From Blastocystis sp. subtype 4 (Eukaryota), in contig NW_014569537.1 of NCBI RefSeq assembly GCF_000743755.1, forward strand, positions 62,001-85,664: a DNA stretch of 23,664 nt, given 5' to 3'. The notes beneath the pieces are model-generated. The model did not search any database. It was not told where the DNA came from and saw only the letters and a list, made by a program, of their open reading frames with translations. Numbering within the stretch: position 1 is the stretch's first letter; each line of letters begins with the position of its first letter. The translations under genes were made by a program, and so were the position numbers. Positions 10,024 to 21,814 of this stretch are shown in pieces.

Positions 10024-10526
10024 ATGCGTAGATAATTGGATTGATAGAATTCTAATTTTATAGCCAAGGCAAAGGCTGTTGAACTTCGCCAGAAGAATCG
10101 TGACGAGCTGATGAGTGAGATTGAGAAGTACAAAAAGGAACTTTCTCAGGTATTTTTCTTTTTCTATCGTTCTAATATCTAGTTGCGTGTTGCTCAAGTC
10201 ACTCAAGGTGCTCCTGCCAAGCTCGCTCAGATCAAGGTTGTTCGCAAGAACATTGCTCGTGCTTTGACTGTTCTCAGCCATCAGAAGAGAGCTGCCGTAT
10301 GATTGAGAACGAAACTTGACTTGTAGTTGAAGGAGCATTTTGCTGGAGCTAAGTACCTGCCCACAGATCTTCGTGTTAAGAAGACCCGTGCGATGCGTCG
10401 TGCTTTGACTGAGAAGCAAGTTGGTAACAACAAGATTTGTCTGATGGATAGGCTGCAAAGAAGACTCTTCGTCAGCAAAGGAAGGAACGCTTTTACTCTA
10501 TGAAGAAGTTCGCTCTCAAGGCTTAA
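10024..10526 (+). CDS. RPL35: 60S ribosomal protein L35 (uL29)
   Basis: Spliced product [60 protein letters not shown]...[19 protein letters not shown]...KKFALKA*. Four short introns and a 4-nt first coding exon. Missed by the ORF track. Confidence 0.95.
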
Positions 10527-10547
10527 GTCATTCTCTCGATTCAAATC

Positions 10548-10562
10548 TGTTTCTTACAAACA
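10548..10562. terminator. Back-to-back poly(A) elements: TGTTTCTT (+, 10548-10555) and TGTTTGTA (-, 10562-10555)
   Basis: The sequence tgtttcttacaaaca sits in the 50-bp gap between the convergent RPL35 and phosphatase stops. Confidence 0.6.
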
Positions 10563-10576
10563 ACATCAACTATAAC

Positions 10577-13500
10577 TTATTCGTCCATGTTCTTCAACAC
10601 AACAAATTTCTTGTCATCATCACTAAATTCTTCAATAACTGGTATCGAACGCACACTCAAGTCTCGCTTCTTGGTTTTCATAGATCCTCGAACACTTCCT
10701 TCACTCCCTCGAACACTCTTCACACTACTATTCCCTTCACTTCCTCTCCGATCTTGTCCTTCGTCTCCATCACTCATCTCTCCATTCATATACGTCATTA
10801 GACTGCTTCCAACACGGCCTGTTTGATTCATTAGGAATTGAGTTCCTCCCACCACAAATTCTCTTGTCTTCTTCAGTTTCACTCCTAGTGACATCAAACT
10901 CTTCTTGAAATCACTGGAACGTTCAGCCATGTATTGATTTGTATGAACCACACTGGATGCAGGATCACGATGATGGCAAAGATGAGAATCTCCAAATCGG
11001 ATCCGCAGATAGAATGGATCTTCTACAGGAAGATGTGCTTGAGAAGGAGGAGACGGGGAAGACAACGGTAAAACCCCCACAGATTTAGCCGCTTCCCGCG
11101 GGGATGAAAACGTCCCATATCCACGATGACTTCTAGGAGTTTCATCCTCAGATGAATCTTGCATTGGATGTGATCTCGAAGGACTACTGAAACTCCCATT
11201 ATGGCTCAATAAGGAAGTTTCACTAGGAGTTACAGAAGGAGTTATAATTGGATGAGGTCGTGTACCAGAAGAGTCCAACTCCTCCTCCAGAAAGAGTGTA
11301 TCAGTGCGTGTAATGAAGCTATAATTGAGATCAACGACAAAACTCCCACTTGGTGTTAAACCAGATGAAATAACTCTGATCTCGAATGGCTCCAGTGCAT
11401 TGAATTGTGATTTTGATATCTCCTTGCACCTCAAGTCCTCCTTCAAAGACACAAATCCATTCAGCAACACCTCGTTGTTCATTGATTCTCATACTATCTG
11501 AAGAGACAAGCTCTGTGGATTCCTCTGTGAAGATACGTCTTGCATATGATTCCGGTGAAGGCATCAGTGCACGAGATTCGAAAGAGTGCTGAACATAAGA
11601 TGAATCAAATTAGTTTACGGTTGTAATGGTGATCTCATACAGAAGAGACGTGCCTTCAATCAACTACAGATCACCAAAAAGAGAATAATCCTCACTGGTA
11701 TCTCAACTCGTTTCAAATGAAGAACAGTTGGTTCAGGAAGTTCATGTGTGTAGAGATAATTATAGTAGAACACATAACGAATCTGCGAAGGGCCTGACCA
11801 ATCAGATTCCTTAAAACTTCACCTACTGGATACACACTGAATCTTTGCTTTCTCACTCTCTAATGCACTTTCACTTGTACGACGTGTTGCAAACAATTGA
11901 AGGGCAGCAGCTGGAGAATCAGCCAAACCTTGCTTCAATAACAGACAAGCGCAGATAAAACCAGTTCGACCTTTTCCTCCTTTGCAATGAATTGCTATCA
12001 CATTCGTTGGATCTTGACGCAGCCATAAATCACTCTGATTCACAATTGCAAAGATCTGATCTACACATCAGCTCAACATGATGTCATCACCCATCGAGCA
12101 AGTATTGTGATCTTCAATACAATAACGTGTGTTTCTTCCTCCAAAACACTTGGCCATATCTTTCGAATACCCTCCTTCAGCACAGAGATTAATCCTATGA
12201 TATCTGGAATTCCAAAAATACCTACACCCAGTAATGTCCCATGTGTGTAGAGTTCAGAAACCGTTCTACATCATCAATATTGTTTCTCCATACAGATTCC
12301 CACACATTCCCTGGCCATGACATTGCAATGATCTGTTCTAGAAATGATGTTGAACCATGATTCTAACTTGATATATCACTCATATCGAGATGTTCCTCCT
12401 CTTTCTGACTTCGATTCCGATTGAACCAATGTCGGATAGTTTGAGACACATATGATTTCTCATGTTGGAAGAACTAGAATCAAGAGACCAAACACCTAAT
12501 TACCGTGTATGACCGCAGAACACGTAACAACAGACATGTCTTAATGATAGCAAGAATTGTTCTACTAAGCACTTGTGTAGTAAATCTGGCCACGAAAAAC
12601 ATGGCAGTAGACACGATAAGCGAAATCATTTCAAAACTCTATTTGTTAAGATAACCGCGGGAATCTTACATCAGGAATAGAAATGTGTTTCTTGAAAATC
12701 CAGCATCGCAAGATGAGATCCACAATCATAATAAGACCCACAAGTACATAGAACAAACTACACTCAACCATACATCATGTCATTACGTTATCACATAATT
12801 GTTATAATCCAGAATGTAGAATAAACTCCAAAGAATATCAATAGCTACGAGAATCGTTAAGATTCCACGATATACTAAACATCACGTTATTAAAAATGAG
12901 GGACCCCAATGCTTAACTACCTTCCCCAACCATTCTTTGGAAAGAACATACATATCATGACACTTCTTTTTGAATTCCCGTTTTTCTCGTAATTTCTTCT
13001 CTTCCTCTGTTTCCTGAGTCTCTTCGTCTTCATTTTCAGATTCCTGATCATCAACAACATGATGTTCTAATCGCAAGGAAGCCTCACTCTGAAATGATTC
13101 TACTTCCTCTTCCTCTTCGTCTTCCTCTTCATAGGACGAGTTCATTGGGGATCGTAGCAGATGATCCTAGTGTCTTATCAATCATCTCAGATTTACGTCA
13201 ACTAGTCGTTGACTGATCATTGAGTTGATTTGAGCAAGTGTCACAACACGGGGATACATCACTTTTTGTACACGTTTATATTTCACATATTCAGCATCAT
13301 TCCATTCAATTAACAGAAGAGGTATATCCTAGAAATAAGATTTCACTACTAAAATCACTTTGGCTATCATGTAGTAAAACGCATCTCGAATGGTCATTGA
13401 ACTTGGCTTAAAGGGAATGCGGACACGACGCAAACTGTCCATTGTAGAATCATCGGGATCACAGCCTTTGGCTGTCAACTCAAAGACAGCTTGTGCTGTA

Positions 13501-13939
13501 ATCAATTCCACAAATTTATTCTTTTTCACAAGGAAATAACGCACACTATAATCAAAAAGGAAGAAAAACAAGACTGGTTTTCAGTTACTTCGTAGAGTAA
13601 ATAACGTAGATCTGTATTGGCTGGAATCAACGGGATGTCAATAGTAATTGCCCTAGAAATGGTCGTGTCGAGACTACAAATCACCCAAATGACCGATTCC
13701 TACAATTCTTGAACATTTTTGGTAGCGTTTCGATTTACCTACGTGTTAAAATCCTCCAATACAAAGCCAACAAGCGAATTGTTACCTTCATTTCGTAGTT
13801 TCGTTAAGAAACTGCGAATATCCTGGTTCGTCTCCTCAATCATCTCAAACTCACTTCCTTCCGAATTTAGTGACTCTTCCTCAGTATATGAGTCATAGTC
13901 CTAGAAATCACTCTTCCCGAACAGAAAAACAGATTCCAT
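10577..13939 (-). CDS. Voltage-sensing phosphatase/TPTE-like protein with an N-terminal CBS pair (CBS-CBS, acidic linker, VSD, PTEN-type PTP, C2, Ser-rich tail)
   Basis: Active site HCKGGKGRTG. Also QIIAMSWPG, WRNNIDDVERFL, INLCAE, IEDHN and PSQIRYV, and C2 motifs VQGDIKI and FIWFNT. Four TM helices upstream. The junctions I traced from ATG 13939 join in frame through 29-33-nt GT-AG introns. Confidence 0.85.
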
Positions 13940-14058
13940 TTCCTCTAGTACCCGTAAATTCGGTAGAGAACCCATTTCTTGTTGATTCATATAAACAAGA
14001 GTAGGATTCTTGTGAGATCAAAACTGGATTCTTCGTAATTATGATCCAAAATAATTTC

Positions 14059-14066
14059 AACAAACA
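14059..14066 (-). terminator. TGTTTGTT polyadenylation element of the GH13-like gene
   Basis: Exact element 12 nt after the TAA, predicting an 8-nt 3' UTR. Confidence 0.8.
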
Positions 14067-14078
14067 TCCTCCAATATA

Positions 14079-16306
14079 TTACACAATCAAACTCAAAAAG
14101 ATACGAATCGACCAGGAATGCAAAGCTGGTAAACCACAATTCAAGCTCGGAATCCACGCAGGACACTTTGATACTTCCACATCCTCCGTGTTATCATCAA
14201 AGTGAACATCATAACCACGTGACTCACTCGCAAATACAGACTTCCACAAAGAAGGACTATCAGTTTCAGGAAAAGGAATCCATAGAAGTGATGATTCATC
14301 TCTACTCGTAAGAACAGGAATGACAACAACAAACTCTTGATTGTAGGTTTGGTCACTCGTATTGAGAATAATGTACAGAGAAGAATCGGAAGTTGTGAGC
14401 GAATAGGTCAATATGCCTGTTGTTGAATTCACCCACATGATCGCCAATTCTGATTGAGAGAGAGAATACTGTTTTCGTAATGAAATCAAATCTTTTGTCA
14501 AAGTAAACCATAAATACTGTTCCGAAAGTGAATTGGAATAAAAACTGAAATCTAGAATGGAGGGAGTATCAGTGAAGGGTGTATCTGTAAAGAATTCGGT
14601 TCCCATAAAAAGAGATGGAATAGATGGTGATGTGAGTACAATAGTGAGACCAACTGCATGCATTCTCGGAACTCGATAATATGGGTCGGATTCATTGGAG
14701 CGCATCATAAAACGAGGGTCTGCAGAGTTCCGTGACTCATAGGAGAAGATTGAAGAATGAGGAGAATGATGATTCAATTGATGTAAGAGTGATTCGAGTT
14801 GAGTAAGATTGAGAGTTGATTGTGAGAGAAGCGAGGTGAGAGAAGAAGTGAGAGATGGGTCATATTCAGAATCAAAGAAAGAGGATTCCAGCGAATTCTT
14901 CATATCGGCTATCTAAGATTTGACAGAGAATTGGATCACGTACATGAATCATACTAGAGTTAATCATAAGGTTTTGGAAGAAACTAACTCCATCAACATC
15001 GATCGCTCCAAGTCCTTGCTGGCAAGCTTGACCTGAATAGAGAACACAACCAACATCATTCCACACGATTCCATCAATAGCAGCTTCATCATGCCACCGA
15101 TTAAGTATCAATTGAATGTACTTCCCTCCTTGCTTCAATGGATTGTAGTCAAATCGATGTCGATTACCGATCTGATTCGAAGCATATGAATGAAGATACT
15201 CACCAATCGAATCCGAACAATCATTGTTATACACAATCGAATTGGAATCAAATAATGACCAATTGACTTCAAGAAATACAGCAATATTAGATGCATGAGC
15301 TGCAGAGACAAGATCATGCAAATGTGTGATTGTTCCAAATTGAGAGTGGATCGTACCAGGAAACTGGATACTGAGATCCTCTATGGTAAAAATCTATAGG
15401 AACACATACTCCAACAATGCGCTTGGTTTGATTCACATCGGTATTGTTCTATGGGAAATAACTCGAGAGCAGTGATTCCAAGTGATTTTAGATACGAAAT
15501 TCGAGAAACCATCTGATGAAGGAACAGATCTGCTTCTTCTGAATCTGTGAATGATGGGAGAAAAACTTGATAAAAAATGGAATCTTGGAGTGTAACTCCT
15601 TTCCAAGAATTTGCTGTGATTGGAGATGATACACGATTGCTTTCACCATCTTGACCATAATATAAACTAAAAATGGAATTCCAAAAACAAAAATACATTT
15701 CGCGTGCTCCCAGTGATAGTCGCTTGCATGTTTGTTGGGACTTATCGTTGTACATCTCATAAAAGTAACTAAAGCCGATTTCGACTTGGCAAACATTCGC
15801 AAACCAACAACCATCATATTGACGTCTATATGGTAAAGCTGCAGCAAAAGAATATACACCATCGGATAAGAAGCACTTGAGGTATCATTAACAATCACCA
15901 CTGAAACAAACGTAGCCAACGGAGCCCATGTCCGGAAAGCCACTCCATAAGAACAGTGACGGTTTCCAACATCAAAATATCGATCTTCTTTCCAAATGTA
16001 GGTATCAAGAAAGTCCATCCTCTCGCATTCCCCAATATCAAAACCAGGAACACATTCAGCACTTTTTCGCCATTGAACATGTCCGAGTCTTATAAGAACA
16101 AGGACTACAGTGAGAGCGACAAAAATCGTAATTAAAACCAGATAGATAAGGATAACATTCACTGGATACTGCCGTTTCACCTTCTTCTTTCGAATAGGAC
16201 GACCATATCGATTTACTACAACCGGTTTCTTTCTCAATCTTGGACTACCCCTCATGAAGAACCATTTCTTGTCAAAATAATCACTTGGAATACTTGCAAG
16301 ATCCAT
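14079..16306 (-). CDS. Type II membrane-anchored GH13 (alpha-amylase/branching-enzyme fold) protein with CBM48-like domain, catalytic residues degenerate
   Basis: Basic N-terminus plus one TM helix (VILIYLVLITIFVALTVVLVLI). Motifs GVAFRTWAP, IFYQVFLPSFTDS, YLKSLGITALELFPI, LVSAAHASNIAVFLEV and SPSIPSLFMGTEF. Three or more ~30-nt introns. Confidence 0.8.
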
Positions 16307-16331
16307 GGGGTTTTTGTGAATAATGAATGAG

Positions 16332-16343
16332 AACCGCGGGAAT
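16332..16343 (-). promoter_or_regulatory. Candidate promoter motif ATTCCCGCGGTT
   Basis: 25 nt upstream of the GH13 ATG. The same core occurs at 12653-12664 and 23459-23468. Confidence 0.35.
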
Positions 16344-16374
16344 TAGGAGTTTGTGTTTTCAAAAGTGTGAATGA

Positions 16375-18518
16375 TCAATCATTGAATACTAACAAAAGAA
16401 AAGAAAATAGCAATGATAAGGACCACAGAACAATCATAAACAATAAAAGAGGCGTGAATACTGACCAGATGACAGGACTGGCTGTGTTATAGAGGGTTGA
16501 AATCGATGCCACCCAGACCTGAAGCATGAGAATCAGCGTTCGATCCTGCTTTGGAGTAAGTGGCATCAAGAGGCAGAAAGGATAAAACACACTGAGAATC
16601 ATTGAACCTGCTTGAATCAACACATGAGTGGAGTGAGTGAGAACGAAAGCAGCTGACCAATGTAAGGATGAGAATAGAAAGGATGGAGTGGTCAAATAAG
16701 TGTAATGAAGAGCAATTGATAGAACACCAACAGAATCACTCAACGAATGAATAGAGAGTCTTCGAATGAACACAGCTGTGATCATGAGACAAAGTAGAGA
16801 ATACGAATACTGATTGTGAATGAAGAGAAGCATGAGAGAAGGTAGAGAAGATGGTTGAAAGAGACAACAGAAGCAAGCAATGATAGCAGGAAGAGTAAGT
16901 GATGGATTGAAGTAGAAAATGGTTTGCATGATAACTTGAAGAGGAGAAAGAATGGAAAATGAATGAAATAGTGGAGCCAGCAAAAGAATCCATGTTGATA
17001 GAGTCGTAAGAGAAGGAGATGGACGAATGAGAGATAGAACAAGTGAAAGAATGAGAAGAGAAGTGTTCTTTGGAGTATCACGGATCGATGGAAGAAGAGA
17101 AATCACAGCAATAATAAGAGGATGTAATCTTGGTTGTATGATAAGTGAATAACTAGTGAACGAAATGAGATAAAGAATCAGAACAAGAAATGAGAATGGT
17201 GACTGTATGGAGAAGGTATAATGGGCAAATGGAAGTGTGAGAAATATCAAAGCGAACAGACAATAACCGTAATGAATCGTGGTATTATCCAAGTTTGATT
17301 GGATCGTTTTTATGAGATTCATACTCTCATGTTCCAAGTCTTTTGCCAAATCATAACAATCCTTTGACTCTTCAACAGAACACTCTTCTTTCCATCTCTT
17401 TGTAAGTTTGGAATAGAAAGATGTATTCAAAGCTAATGAAGGACGATGAATGGACAAGAAGTGAATCACTTGCTCTGTGTTATCAATCTCTCTCTCTACT
17501 TGTTCAGATAGAGAAACAGGAGGAAGAAGATTAGATAGATGGTAACCCAGATTTGTGAATGGAACAGGACAGATGAAGTAATAAGAGATCGTTGAAGCCA
17601 AATCACGAATATGAGGTTCACGCTTATGATGAATAGAAGAATGATTCTCCTACAGTGAATGGCTGAAGTTCGTAGGATGAAGAATAGGCACATATTCCAG
17701 TAGTCACTTCATCATATGTTGCTCCTCCATGATTACCCCATGCACTTAATCCATGATCACCAAATACTAAGAGTAATGTGTTTGTAGGGAGATGAGATGT
17801 GATGTATGAGAGATGCTTATTAAACTTGAGAAGAGCATCATAAATAGCGTGATGCGATGGAGATGAAGTACTTGTTCGATGAGCATTATGATCCACAAGA
17901 AGTGAATGAATGATTAAGACATCTGTTGTTGATGTCACAAAAGACTCTAATGCTTCTTGAATATCTTCAGTATCGTCTACATACACATCAAAGGAATCAC
18001 TTTCCTTAAGATCGTTTGAAAACACATCTCCTCCTAATTCTCTCCAAACATAATCGCCAGTATGAGCAATACTCAAATTGCGATAGCTCTTCAACTGACG
18101 TAACCAGTGATCCGATGTTAGAGAAGAAGAAAAGAAGGTTTGTCCGAGTTCAAGAAAACTACGCATTCCACCAGTTAGAAGAGTCTTTACTCCCTGTGTT
18201 GTTGACGTTGGAGGGTCCACTTTCATTGTTGAACATACTGTATGTTTAGGATCACTCTTTAATAAGTTTGAGAAGAAAGGTTTCCAACGTAGAACAGAAG
18301 AATTGAGAAATAAATAATCCGGTCTTGCTCCATCTTCAAGAAACACAATAAGTCGTCGACGCGTTGTCAATTCCGTTTTATAGACTTTATGGTTGACATC
18401 TACTTCCGCTTTACTATAACCTGAGAGAATAAATACAAATGAACTCAATGGACAAGTAACCCACTAGAAAAATCACAATTCCAACAGTGAAAACAAATGA
18501 ATCGGATCTGGAAAGCAT
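16375..18518 (-). CDS. PIGO: GPI ethanolamine-phosphate transferase (PIG-O/Gpi13-like)
   Basis: N-terminal TM helix, then LEDGARPDY, DPPTSTTQGVKTLLTG, HSLLVDHNAH, FGDHGLSAWGNHGG and DLASTISYYFICPVPFTNLG, followed by a multi-TM C-terminus. The DPPT motif favours PIG-O over PIG-N; PIG-G is not excluded. Confidence 0.8.
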
Positions 18519-18545
18519 TTCATGATATTTCTTCGCGAGAATGAC

Positions 18546-18553
18546 AAGAAACA
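18546..18553 (-). terminator. TGTTTCTT polyadenylation element of the FAM135-like gene
   Basis: 21 nt after the TAG at 18577-18575. Confidence 0.6.
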
Positions 18554-18574
18554 AGAAAGACTATAGTACATGTA

Positions 18575-21500
18575 CTACTTCTTAAAACAGTCTTCCATCT
18601 TTAAAAGGAGAGTGAAAATCATATCAATGTCCTTCAGAATGTTCACATGTGCTGTATGTCCAATAATTGAGTCAATAGATGCTCGCGATTGCTATATACT
18701 CACTCAAACAAGCAAAATCTTACATCAAAGTCAACATCCCATTTTCGAATCATGGTAGTACAAGAAGGTTGTTTCAAATGCTTCCAGAATAGATCTATCA
18801 TTTCTCGAATTACTACAGCCTCCTCTCTTGTTGAAGCTTCAATCTGCGGAGTGAGTTCCACACGCTCCGAATAGAAGGGAATGTATGTATCTTGGTAGGA
18901 TGAGACAAGATACACGTATTTAAATAGATGTAAGGCTATAAATAAATACCCTCCAAAAATGACATTCCATTATTCTCGGCTAATTTGTAAATTGTAGTTT
19001 GTCGTAGATCCTTATGATCGCGCAATAACAATTCACTCATCTGAATAGATTCCGTGAACTTTTGAATCAATCGAGCTCCAACCTCAGTAGTGAGATTTGC
19101 AAACATCAACCCCAAATGAGGTACATTCAAGGATAAGAAGAGATGGAAGTAAGATTGATATGAACTCAATGATGATTCAGTGATAGCCAATCGAAATACC
19201 AAACCTCCAATCGAATGAGCAATGAATGAAATACGTTGGATTGATTGTCCTTTGGATTGCTGTTCAATAGATTTGAGGTTAACTAAGATCTCTTCAGCCA
19301 CCTGTTTTGCCAGATATGAGAGACTCTGGACTGCATTACTGTAACATTTATGAAGTAAAACACACTTCACATGAGGATACGTAAGTGTGATCAGATCCAT
19401 CACTTTCTTCATATCCTGAGGATTGGCCTTAAATCCATGAAGAATAAACACAATATGTAGAGGAATATGATTAACATCTTCTATCAGACAATACTGACAG
19501 ATTGAGAGGAAGAAGTGATTCATGTGACCACAAGTCGGATTCTCACAGACCCAAGGTTTGAGCTCGTGAACTAATCATTAACACAAACACGAAGATAGAC
19601 TTGAGACAAGAGAAGACTCAGATTCTGTTCCTCGAGAGTAGGTCTCAACGATGTATGAAGAGAAGCTTTCGTCATGCTGAAGTGTCGTAAATTGATTTGA
19701 GAAAAGTGATCGAAGCTCTCTGAGAGCTGGTCTACACATCATCGATTCTCATCACATCGACGAAAATGAGGGATCCCCACGCATTGTAGTGAAAGCAATT
19801 CGATGCGTCTTTTCTGTATCCTGATTCTAGAATGAAGCATGTTCATCTTCCTTACATGACCATCAATGTCTTCAAGCACACATGGGATAACATGAATAAG
19901 AGATTTGAATCGTTCTCGAAGCATAACAAACCTGTCTTTCATAAGCAAATGCGAAGCAATCGCCACATGATCTTGCAAAAACTGAAACACAACATTAAAC
20001 AATCCCCAGATTTGGCAGCTACAAGCAGACATATCATAACATAATCGTGACGCCATGTTTATCTTCAATTGAATCAATGATGATGTTGAAGCAGTTGAAG
20101 TTAACACTACAAATAACCAAAAAAAACATAAATACGATCATCTTCAATCTTCCCAGTTGAACGATGTTCTAAAAGTGAACTCTCTGGAGATGATTCTGCA
20201 TCGTCGGAATCGAAATCATTGTAATCATGATAGCCTCCATTGAATTCCTGATGGTCTGAAGGAGTTTCATTATACCAATCACGTTGCTCATCATTCTTCA
20301 CATCAGACAATACTGATTCCCGTGGTGATTCTGATGAAGAGGGAGTTTCATTCTCAAATTCAGGTTGGAATACACTGTTTGGAACTTGCAATCTGCTCAC
20401 TTCACCTACTGCCAAAGTCTGTGATTTGCCGAATGCAATTCGAGTTGATGAAACACCTGTGGTATTTAAGGGAGGTGGTGAAACTCCTTTCATTGGATAA
20501 TCGTGAAATGATGCAAGAGATGGAACAAACGAAGATGCACCTTGAATCCCATCTTCAGAGAGATGAGTCACTATTGAATAACGTATTGGGATATGAATGA
20601 CCATGACAAGTAGAACAAGGATGTGTATGTGGTTGTGGAGTCAGAATAGATTCAGGCATGGGTTCAGAGAGAACATTTTGATAATGGGTTACAGGAGATG
20701 CAGTGGTAATGAAGGAATGATAAGGATAATGATACAAGGATATAACTCAGGAATGTAATCATCTTCAATGGATTCACCTGGTAAGAGAAATTCAGTTCGA
20801 ATACGTTTTAGTAATGCAACGATTGAATTATAACTGATTTCTAAACACTTTTTCACCAATGTACTGAATTCTAAATATACTTGTCTCACTTCATCTGCTG
20901 ACTACGGAATAATGTTATTCTCATCATTTCCTACATAAATCTCGTCAAAGAGATACTGGTGAAAAGATTTTGGTATTGATGTCGGAAGAGGATGATGATC
21001 ATAACGTATGTCCAACAGAATACATGTAGAGACACTGTGGATCTCACAAACACCCTTTTCAGAGAAGAGGAGATGATGTCCTTGTAGGACTGATTCGGCT
21101 CCTACATTGGAAAATGTGATATGTTGGGACCCAATAAGCTAAAAATGAAATAGCAAACACATCCTAACAATATCATCCTTATAACAGTCAGAAGAAGTAG
21201 AAAAGGTTTCAAAGAGGAATGTACCATCATTCTCTGTTACACTGGGAATGGGATGTTTACAGCAATACAGATCCACAACAAAATCGAAGTTGATAGAACC
21301 CAGAGAGTAATCAGAATTCTCAATTCGCCAAATCACACTATCCCGAAGAGAAACAACCTCAAAGTCATTGTGAATTGAGAACAACCGCGATATAAACACA
21401 TTGTTTTCCTTATCAATCGTACAGGGTTTGTAGTAGCATTCAGATTCATTCACCTAATTATGACATTTCCCGAAGAAACCTACGAACTTATTATCCACGA

Positions 21501-21692
21501 CATTACATTTAATGCATGGATTCGAATCACAACGTAATATCCGATTGGGGAATTTGGAGACCAAACGGATACGATACTTGTAGATCCTGGAAATCAACAG
21601 AAATCACCAAACTCATACCCTTTTTGCGTCACACCTACATTGCGGAATGTATCAAAATCCATAAGGACAAGAAACACCGTGTTTAGCGACAT
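18575..21692 (-). CDS. FAM135-like protein with C-terminal DUF676 alpha/beta-hydrolase (putative lipase)
   Basis: N-terminus LMDFDTFRNVGVTQKG|IYKYRIRL. C-terminal motifs VFILHGFKAN, SFIAHSIGGL, LNVPHLG, SSYQDTYIPFYS and IIGHTAHVNIL. About 11 short introns. Confidence 0.82.
20706..20743 (-). other. Probable U12-type AT-AC intron (38 nt; alternative acceptor at 20703 gives 41 nt)
   Basis: 5' ATATCCTT, branch-like TCCTTAT (20726-20720), 3' TAC. Removing it restores the reading frame, and no AG acceptor exists nearby. Confidence 0.7.
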
Positions 21693-21799
21693 GTCTTCAA
21701 TTGAGGTTCAACCAAGCCAACGAATAGGCAGAATGGAAATACTACCCACGAAACCGATTCTGCTCAGAAAAAGTGGGAAACTGTACAGAAAGTGATTTC

Positions 21800-21807
21800 A
21801 ACAAACA
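21800..21807 (-). terminator. TGTTTGTT polyadenylation element of the GRHPR gene
   Basis: Exact element 7 nt after the TAA, predicting a 3-nt 3' UTR. Confidence 0.8.
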
Positions 21808-21814
21808 AAAAGAA

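Noticed and set aside
9985..10544. Minus-strand ORFs of 157 aa and 87 aa
   Set aside because: Antisense to the clearly recognisable spliced RPL35.
11321..11482. N-terminal part of ORF 10577-11482 as an independent gene start
   Set aside because: The real C2 exon is in another frame and joins via an intron near 11350-11320; the ORF is the last exon of the phosphatase.
521..18518. PMM, DOLPP1 and PIG-O as a glycosylation gene cluster
   Set aside because: They are interspersed with unrelated genes, so chance co-location in a compact genome suffices.
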